Assembly: GCA_009926125.1 (NCBI GenBank)
Contig: RFPM01000001.1
Location: 3,479 to 67,478 of the forward strand
Length of the DNA stretch: 64,000 nucleotides
Origin: Flavobacteriales bacterium
GTDB taxonomy: Bacteria; Bacteroidota; Bacteroidia; Flavobacteriales_D; Crocinitomicaceae
Direction: 5' to 3'
A model generated the notes under the pieces. That model was not told the origin of the DNA and searched no databases. It worked only from the letters and a program-made list of their open reading frames with translations. How positions within the stretch are numbered: position 1 is the first letter of the stretch; every line of letters starts with the position of its first letter. This document shows positions 57,719 to 64,000 of the stretch, piece by piece. Both the position numbers and the translations under genes were made by a program.

Positions 57719-59163
57719 TTTTTTTTGAATTTTGCAATTGATTCGATGTGTCCAGTATGAGGAAATTGATCTACTAATGAAAATTTATCCAATTCATAGC
57801 CCGCTAGAAGAAGTGTATTTGTATCTCTTGCTTGAGTTGAGGGATTGCAGGAAATATAAACAATATTTTTTGCTCCAAGTTCAATAACTTTTTGCAGCGT
57901 TTTTGGAGCAATGCCAGCTCTTGGAGGATCTAGTACAATAGTAGCAATTGTCCCATTAAATTCAGGGTGTTGTTTGAGAAACTTTCCAACATCTGCTGCA
58001 AAAAATGAAATGTTTGAAATTTGGTTGTTCGCTGCATTTTTTTTCGCGTCTTCTATTGCTTCTTCTACAATGTCAACACCAATTATTTGAACGTCTTCGT
58101 TTCTTTTGGAAAGTAATTGACCGATAGTTCCTGTTCCACAAAACAAGTCCATTACAACTTCATTTTTAGCAATATCTTCTTCAAAAACATAATCCAATGC
58201 TTTTGAGTAGAGAAGCTCTGCACATTTTGGATTGGTTTGAAAAAAACTCTCCATGCTTATTTGAAAGTCTAAGCCAAGAATTTTTTCTTCGATAAATGCC
58301 TGACCAAAAATTAATTTACAAGTGCCATTTTCAATCTTTGATCGGTCAGCAACATTGTCATTTCTTGTATGCTGAAATCCTGCTATTCTCTCGCCAAAAA
58401 GTTCTTTTAAATAAGCTGCAATTTCTTGGATATTGAATTTTTCAACTCCTTCATTAGACGTTACTAGGTTAATCAGTAATTTATTTGAAGCAAAAGATTT
58501 TCGGACGACAATATGTCGAAAGAACCCTGTTTTTTTTGGTGGATGCCAAGCAGGCAATCCTGATTTTTCAAGAAAGTTGCGAATAAGGAATAGTTTGTCT
58601 TCCCATTCTTTGTCAAATAAACCCGATGCTTTATTGAGACTTTCTACTTTCCACCAGGTTCCTCTTCTTTTAAATCCAAGAGAAAAGGCAGCATCTTTTT
58701 CTAAATTAGTTTCCAGACAATGTTCTATCGCGGAAAAGCTATACTCCATTTTATTTCGATAGAAATAATGCTCGGGAGAGGAAATAAAAGCATCAAATTT
58801 TAGGGAAACATCCTTTAATCCTGATAAGCGTGAAAATGTTTCTATTGTAGACTCTTGCTTAAATTTTTCTTGAATTTCTATTGGAACATGAATATATGGC
58901 CCTCCAGATATTTCTTGAAATTGCGCTTGTGTTTCGTGCTCAGAGCGCTCAATTATTTCGAGAAGTTTTGCTTCAGCATGGTTTTTTCGTTTTGCATCAA
59001 TCTTTACTCTAACCGTCTGACCGGGAAAGGCATTATCGACGAAGACTACAAACAAGCCATTTTCAGTTTGAATTTTTCCGATGCCACGTCCGCCAAATGC
59101 GTAATCTGTTATTTTGATTTCTATTTCTTGACCTCGTTGGAGTGTGATTTTAGATAATTCCAC
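57715..59163 (-). CDS. rlmD: 23S rRNA (uracil-C5)-methyltransferase, RumA/RlmD family, with TRAM domain
   Basis: N-terminal TRAM domain, SAM motif DLFCGTGTIG, DPPRAG, ISCNPSTQARD. Confidence 0.8.
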   Translation of the reverse strand: MELSKITLQRGQEIEIKITDYAFGGRGIGKIQTENGLFVVFVDNAFPGQTVRVKIDAKRKNHAEAKLLEIIERSEHETQAQFQEISGGPYIHVPIEIQEKFKQESTIETFSRLSGLKDVSLKFDAFISSPEHYFYRNKMEYSFSAIEHCLETNLEKDAAFSLGFKRRGTWWKVESLNKASGLFDKEWEDKLFLIRNFLEKSGLPAWHPPKKTGFFRHIVVRKSFASNKLLINLVTSNEGVEKFNIQEIAAYLKELFGERIAGFQHTRNDNVADRSKIENGTCKLIFGQAFIEEKILGLDFQISMESFFQTNPKCAELLYSKALDYVFEEDIAKNEVVMDLFCGTGTIGQLLSKRNEDVQIIGVDIVEEAIEDAKKNAANNQISNISFFAADVGKFLKQHPEFNGTIATIVLDPPRAGIAPKTLQKVIELGAKNIVYISCNPSTQARDTNTLLLAGYELDKFSLVDQFPHTGHIESIAKFKKK

Positions 59164-59926
59164 GAATAATACCTTTATCGGAATTTTCTACAAAAGATAA
59201 AATCTCTTTTCGAATATCACTATCTATAATCGAACTTTTTATTAATGAAATTCCTGTTGAAACATTACTATTTTGAACATATAAAACACGGTAAATATCT
59301 TCTATTTCTCTCACTTGCTCATCCGTAAATCCTCTTCTTCTGAGACCAACGGAGTTTACTCCTGCAAATGTTAATGGTTCTCTAGCAGCTTTGATATATG
59401 GCGGAACATCTTTTCGAATTAAGGAGGCGCCTCCAATAAATGCATGTTTTCCGATATGCACAAATTGCTGCGCTGCAACTTTACCCTCAAGAATTGCATA
59501 ATCATCAATTATAACATGACCAGAGAGTCCGGTGTAGCTTGCAAGAATTACGTTATCTCCAATTTTGCAATCATGAGCTATGTGAACATAAGTCATTAAA
59601 AGACAATTTGAACCAATACTAGTTTTCATTCTATCTTTTGTGCCTCTGTGAATTGTAACACATTCTCGGATTTTGGTGTTATCCCCAATTTCTACTGTTG
59701 TATATTCTCCCTCAAATTTTAAATCTTGTGGTATAACGCCAATAACAGCTCCAGGAAAAATTTCACAGTTATTTCCAATTCTTGTACCTGGATAAATTGT
59801 AACATTGGAGTGAATATGAGTCCCTTCTCCAATAATTACATCGTCATGAATTGAAGAAAATGGATCAATTTGAACATTTTCTCCTAAACTTGCTTTTAGC
59901 GAAACAACTGCTTGAGAACTTATCAT
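59150..59926 (-). CDS. lpxA: Acyl-ACP--UDP-GlcNAc O-acyltransferase
   Basis: 258 aa. Hexapeptide repeats followed by a helical C-domain. It sits in the lpxD-lpxC/fabZ-lpxA order. Confidence 0.9.
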   Translation of the reverse strand: MISSQAVVSLKASLGENVQIDPFSSIHDDVIIGEGTHIHSNVTIYPGTRIGNNCEIFPGAVIGVIPQDLKFEGEYTTVEIGDNTKIRECVTIHRGTKDRMKTSIGSNCLLMTYVHIAHDCKIGDNVILASYTGLSGHVIIDDYAILEGKVAAQQFVHIGKHAFIGGASLIRKDVPPYIKAAREPLTFAGVNSVGLRRRGFTDEQVREIEDIYRVLYVQNSNVSTGISLIKSSIIDSDIRKEILSFVENSDKGIIRGII

Positions 59927-61327
59927 TTATTCTTTATCTTTTATTACTTGAGCTAGCATATCAGCTTCAGTTGCAACTTTACCATTTACATATGCTGTAC
60001 CTTTCATTTCAACTAATCCTCGGCGAATTGGCGAGGTAAGAGTCAATTCAAACACTAATGTATCTCCAGGAACAACTTTTTGTTTGAATTTAGCATTATC
60101 AACTTTAAGAAAATAAGTTGAGTAAAGATGGGGATTTTCAACTTTACTTAATGCGAAAACTCCTCCAACTTGCGCCATTGCTTCAATTTGTAAAACTCCC
60201 GGAAAAATCGGGTTTCCAGGAAAATGACCGGTGAATATTGGCTCATTCATTGTTACATTTTTAACACCGATAATCGAGTTTTCCGTTATTTCCATGATTT
60301 TATCTACCATAAGAAAGGGAAATCGATGGGGCAACATTTTTTCTATTGCATTGATATCGTATAATGGAGGTTTGCTTAAATCAAAAACACGCCCCATATT
60401 TTCTTGTTTTTTTAATTGCGCCTTTAATATTTTTGTAAATTCAATATTTCCAAAATGCCCGGGGCGAGCAGCTAAAATATGTGCTTTTATAGGTTTTCCA
60501 AGAAGTGCTAAATCACCAACAATGTCTAATAATTTATGTCTTGCAGGTTCATTTTCATGTTGCAACTTGATGGTATTCAGAACCCCTAAAGTATTAACTT
60601 CGACTTTTAAATCTTCTTTCCCTAATAATTTTGCAAGGCGATTGAGTTCTTCTTTTGGAATATCTGTGCGGTCAACTAAAACTATAGCATTGTCCAGGTC
60701 TCCTCCCTTTATTAAGTTGTTGGTTGCAAGAAATTCCAATTCTCTTAGAAAAACAAAAGTTCGGCAATGCGCTATTTCTGTTTTAAATTCTCCGATATTA
60801 TACATGCTAGCATGCTGCGTTCCAAGAACTGGAGATTTATAGTCGACCATTACAGTTAGGCGGTAATTAATGTCAGGGATGGCAAGAAATTCAATTCCTT
60901 TTTCAATATCTTCCCAAGGTAAATTTTCAGATAATTCAAAATACTCTCTTTCTGAATCTTGATCAACGAATCCTACTTTTAAAATGCCATCAACAAATGG
61001 TTTCGAACTGCCGTCCATTATTGGAATTTCTTCAGCATCTATTTTTATGAGAGCATTATCAATTTGACAACCGTACAAGGCAGCAAGAATATGTTCAGTA
61101 GTATAAACGCGGGCGCCATTAAATTCTAATGTTGTTCCTCGTTCTGTTGAAATAACAAGATCGACATCAGCTTTAATAACAGGCTGTTCTGGTAAATCTA
61201 TACGTTGAAATTTATACCCATGATTTTCTGGAGCAGGGCAAATCTCAAGAGAAACTTTTTCACCTGTATGCAAACCAACTCCCGAAAAAGAGATGGAATT
61301 TTTTAAAGTACATTGTTTTTCAACCAT
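59927..61327 (-). CDS. lpxC/fabZ: Bifunctional UDP-3-O-acyl-GlcNAc deacetylase / 3-hydroxyacyl-ACP dehydratase
   Basis: 466 aa. N-terminal LpxC (GVGLHTGE, TTEHILAAL) fused to C-terminal FabZ (LPHRFPFLMVDKI, FTGHFPGNPIFPGVL). This fusion is typical of Bacteroidota. Confidence 0.93.
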   Translation of the reverse strand: MVEKQCTLKNSISFSGVGLHTGEKVSLEICPAPENHGYKFQRIDLPEQPVIKADVDLVISTERGTTLEFNGARVYTTEHILAALYGCQIDNALIKIDAEEIPIMDGSSKPFVDGILKVGFVDQDSEREYFELSENLPWEDIEKGIEFLAIPDINYRLTVMVDYKSPVLGTQHASMYNIGEFKTEIAHCRTFVFLRELEFLATNNLIKGGDLDNAIVLVDRTDIPKEELNRLAKLLGKEDLKVEVNTLGVLNTIKLQHENEPARHKLLDIVGDLALLGKPIKAHILAARPGHFGNIEFTKILKAQLKKQENMGRVFDLSKPPLYDINAIEKMLPHRFPFLMVDKIMEITENSIIGVKNVTMNEPIFTGHFPGNPIFPGVLQIEAMAQVGGVFALSKVENPHLYSTYFLKVDNAKFKQKVVPGDTLVFELTLTSPIRRGLVEMKGTAYVNGKVATEADMLAQVIKDKE

Positions 61328-61341
61328 TATCTATAAATTAC

Positions 61342-62376
61342 TTATTCTAAATCTTTTATTTTTTTTTCTAGTTCCTCAAGTTTACTTAGTATAAAAGGTA
61401 ATTTTCGAAAACCAACGGAAGATTTTTTAAAGTCGTTCAGTGGAATTGCGGGAGTACCCATTAAAGTAACAGCTTCTTTTACAGTTTTTACAACTCCAGA
61501 TTGCCCAACAATTTTTGTGTCATCAGCAATACTTAAGTGTCCATTTATTGCAGCTTGGCCTCCAATCATAACACGTTTACCGATTTTTGCAGAACCGGCA
61601 ACTGCTACAAGTGCCGCTAAGGCGGAGTTTTCGCCAATATCTACATTATGAGCAATTTGACATAGATTATCAATTTTCACACCTTCTCGAATAAATGTAG
61701 AACCCATTGTGGCACGATCAATAGCACAATTTGAGCCAATTTCAACATTGTTTTCTATTATGACATTTCCAATTTGCGGGATTTTTTGAAAAACTCCTTC
61801 AGAATTAGGCGCAAATCCAAATCCATCTGATCCAACAACTGTACCTGCATGAATAATGCAATTTTCTCCTACTTTACAACCGAAATAGATACTTACTCCG
61901 GGATGTAAAACAGTATTTGAACCTATCTTAACATTGTCGCCTAAATATACATTTGGATAGATAACTACTTTATTTCCTATTTCAACATTTTTTCCGATAT
62001 ATGCAAATGCTCCAAGATATAAATCAGAGCCAATTAACGCGGAATTGTCAATAAATGAAGGCTGCTCAATTTTGGCCTCTTTTTTATTTAAATTATCATA
62101 TAACTCAAGTAATTGTGCAAAGCAAGTATAGGAGTTTTCAACTTTGATAAGCGTGAGCGATAAAGGCAAGGGTTTTACGGGAATAAAATCTTTGTTTACA
62201 ATACAAATACTTGATTTGGTTGTATAGATAAATTCTTCGTACTTCGGATTTGATAAAAAGGAAAGTGTTCCTTCTTTTCCCTCCTCAATTTTAGCTAAAT
62301 CAGTAACTATAGCTGAGGAACTTCCGATAATTTCACCATTTACAATGGCAGCAATTTGCGAAGCTGAAAATTCCAT
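61342..62376 (-). CDS. lpxD: UDP-3-O-acylglucosamine N-acyltransferase
   Basis: 344 aa. N-terminal uridine-binding domain, then left-handed hexapeptide repeats, then a C-terminal helix. Confidence 0.9.
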   Translation of the reverse strand: MEFSASQIAAIVNGEIIGSSSAIVTDLAKIEEGKEGTLSFLSNPKYEEFIYTTKSSICIVNKDFIPVKPLPLSLTLIKVENSYTCFAQLLELYDNLNKKEAKIEQPSFIDNSALIGSDLYLGAFAYIGKNVEIGNKVVIYPNVYLGDNVKIGSNTVLHPGVSIYFGCKVGENCIIHAGTVVGSDGFGFAPNSEGVFQKIPQIGNVIIENNVEIGSNCAIDRATMGSTFIREGVKIDNLCQIAHNVDIGENSALAALVAVAGSAKIGKRVMIGGQAAINGHLSIADDTKIVGQSGVVKTVKEAVTLMGTPAIPLNDFKKSSVGFRKLPFILSKLEELEKKIKDLE

Positions 62377-62453
62377 AGGGTAAAATTAAGAAAAGGAATG
62401 TGATTTAGGACGACTCATAGTCCAACTTATTAACATGGTTTTTTTGTAAAAAG

Positions 62454-63155
62454 TTATTTACAAGAACTTGAATCAGGTAAATCAATGGCGAGTATTTGAA
62501 TTTTTTCTTTATACCAGATGCTTTTTACAGAAATTACTTCATTATTGTTTCCTCTAAAACGAATCCAATGTTCGGGTTTTGGACTTCGATTAAGCATAGA
62601 TTTTTTAAAATCGATACTTCCTGTTTTTTTTATTTTGTTAAACAATGTATTTACGTTCGTTAAACTAAGTTCCTCTTGCTGACAAATTAAAAGATCGCTT
62701 GTGTCTACGTAAATAAAATCCTTTGATTTTGGAAAATAAATAGGTTTTCCAAATCCAATTTTCGTGTTTTTTATTTTTTTAGCGTCTTCATTTGAAAAAA
62801 TAATTTCTGAGATAAAACTTTCTTGAGGCATTGTTGCTTTGCATGAAAATAACTTACCTGATTCTGTTTTGCACTCAAAATAGTAGACTTTAAAAGAATT
62901 ATTTTTTTTGCTTTTAGTGAATTTTACATCTCCATCAATAAGCGCTTTTACTAATTCTTTTTCTGAGAGATTTAAATCCAAAAGTTTTTTTTGGTTTTCA
63001 TCTGAAAGAACGATTATTCTCTCAAAAAGTGATGTTTTTAATCTATTTTCAGGCAACCAAGAGCATCCTCTGCCTCTCATAAAAAAGGTAACGAAAATTA
63101 ATCCAATTAATAGTCCTGTGCCGTAATATTTGAGTCTTTTAATAAATCCATCCAT
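62454..63155 (-). CDS. Hypothetical membrane-anchored protein with internally duplicated domain
   Basis: One N-terminal TM helix (YYGTGLLIGLIFVTFF), then two related ~75-aa units. Possibly DUF4258-like, but the family is not securely recognised. Confidence 0.5.
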   Translation of the reverse strand: MDGFIKRLKYYGTGLLIGLIFVTFFMRGRGCSWLPENRLKTSLFERIIVLSDENQKKLLDLNLSEKELVKALIDGDVKFTKSKKNNSFKVYYFECKTESGKLFSCKATMPQESFISEIIFSNEDAKKIKNTKIGFGKPIYFPKSKDFIYVDTSDLLICQQEELSLTNVNTLFNKIKKTGSIDFKKSMLNRSPKPEHWIRFRGNNNEVISVKSIWYKEKIQILAIDLPDSSSCK

Positions 63156-63166
63156 TTCTTTGATAT

Positions 63167-63191
63167 AAAAAAACCGAGTTGAACTCGGTTT
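63167..63191 (-). terminator. Intrinsic terminator downstream of trxA
   Basis: AAACCGAGT (63171-63179) and ACTCGGTTT (63183-63191) form a perfect 9-bp stem with a 3-nt loop. On the minus strand a run of 7 U follows (A-run 63167-63173). Confidence 0.7.
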
Positions 63192-63206
63192 AAATTTTGT
63201 TAGTGC

Positions 63207-63524
63207 TTAAAGAAGCGCTTCGAGTTTTGCTACCAAAGTTGCCTTTGGCACTGCACCCACTGATTTATCAACAACTTCTCCATTTTTTATAAATAAAATA
63301 GTCGGTATGCTTCGAACATTGAATTGTGAAGAAATTCCTGAATTTGAATCAACATCAACCTTTCCAATAACTGCTTTTCCGCTATATTCAGTCGCCATCT
63401 CTTCAATAATCGGTCCGATCATGCGACAAGGGCCACACCATTCCGCCCAAAAATCTACTATAACTGGTTGCGATGATTTTAGAACTAATTCATCAAAATT
63501 TGCATCTGTAATTTCTACTGCCAT
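63207..63524 (-). CDS. trxA: Thioredoxin
   Basis: 105 aa with WAEWCGPC active site. Confidence 0.95.
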   Translation of the reverse strand: MAVEITDANFDELVLKSSQPVIVDFWAEWCGPCRMIGPIIEEMATEYSGKAVIGKVDVDSNSGISSQFNVRSIPTILFIKNGEVVDKSVGAVPKATLVAKLEALL

Positions 63525-63564
63525 TTTAGTATATATTTAGCTATTAATTTAATTTTTTTATTTG

Positions 63565-63572
63565 CAAAATTA
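63565..63572 (-). promoter_or_regulatory. -7 box (TAATTTTG) for trxA
   Basis: Matches TAnnTTTG. Lies 40 nt upstream of the start at 63524. Confidence 0.45.
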
Positions 63573-63584
63573 CTGCTTTTTAAT

Positions 63585-64000
63585 TCAACTAGTAGTAAGT
63601 TTTACTTTTTTATTTTTCGGCAATTTATTTACGTTCATTTCTTCTAAAAGAAATTTTGCAGTGTGTGAAAGTTTATTCTTAATAATATCTTCGGGACTTC
63701 CTTCTACTATTATTTGACCACCTTTTCCGCCTCCTTCTAATCCTAAATCAATTATGTAGTCTGCTACTTTAATGATGTCAAGATTGTGTTCAATTATCAA
63801 TACTGTATTCCCTTCATTTACCAGGCGCTGAACGACCTCTAAAAGCATTCGAATATCTTCAAAATGAAGCCCTGTTGAAGGTTCATCTAAAATGTAGATC
63901 GTTTTTCCGGTGCCCTTTTTAGCTAGTTCACTTGATAATTTAATTCGTTGCGCTTCTCCTCCTGATAAAGTTGTAGATGACTGCCCTAATTGTATATAGC
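63585..64000 (-). CDS. uvrA: Excinuclease ABC subunit A, C-terminal end (5' part outside window)
   Basis: The reverse frame is open to the window edge and reads ...[50 protein letters not shown]...[19 protein letters not shown]. Confidence 0.9.
   Translation of the reverse strand, partial: YIQLGQSSTTLSGGEAQRIKLSSELAKKGTGKTIYILDEPSTGLHFEDIRMLLEVVQRLVNEGNTVLIIEHNLDIIKVADYIIDLGLEGGGKGGQIIVEGSPEDIIKNKLSHTAKFLLEEMNVNKLPKNKKVKLTTS

Noticed and set aside
60231-60842. 203-aa ORF on the plus strand, antisense to lpxC/fabZ
   Set aside because: It lies entirely inside a confidently identified gene on the other strand. Its composition is low-complexity and rich in Ser, Phe and Cys, with no start context or promoter box. 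This is a typical shadow ORF.
1-64000. Scan for CRISPR arrays, rRNA/tRNA genes, transposases/integrases, phage or plasmid modules, toxin-antitoxin or restriction-modification genes
   Set aside because: None were found. The intergenic regions are short (the largest is 306 bp), A/T-rich and lack tRNA-like or repeat-spacer structure. Every ORF over about 130 aa is accounted for by a housekeeping or surface-protein call.

Overview
This is a low-GC chromosomal segment that looks like a Bacteroidota genome, probably Flavobacteriia. The evidence is T9SS C-terminal sorting domains, a PorP/SprF gene, a fused lpxC-fabZ gene, and TAnnTTTG -7 promoter boxes in front of many genes. I support 48 protein-coding genes plus one frameshift-split gene. 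Most are core housekeeping: ppk1, two DEAD-box helicases, icmF, secA, guaA, hemF, rocD, kbl, era, der, cinA, rlmD, lpxA, lpxC-fabZ, lpxD, trxA and the 3' end of uvrA. Several surface or secreted T9SS cargo genes are interspersed among them. I found no rRNA, tRNA, CRISPR array, transposase, integrase, phage gene or recognisable defence island, and nothing that I can honestly call a clear-cut new system. The most unusual items are: (1) a cargo-linked T9SS trio of a type-B CTD adhesin, a PorP/SprF protein and a PorE-like protein with an extra SPOR-like tail; (2) an uncharacterised split VWA plus ChlI-like AAA+ pair; (3) a 9-bp x4 tandem repeat that reiterates the -7 promoter box of a large FG-GAP/SprB surface protein; (4) a frameshift-split T9SS gene upstream of a TonB-dependent receptor; (5) a disrupted small ORF in the spacer upstream of icmF; (6) a Cys-rich insertion in ornithine aminotransferase; and (7) a signal-less BtuF-like binding protein translationally coupled to cystathionine beta-synthase. 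All functional calls rest on motif recognition by eye in the supplied translations. No database search was run.
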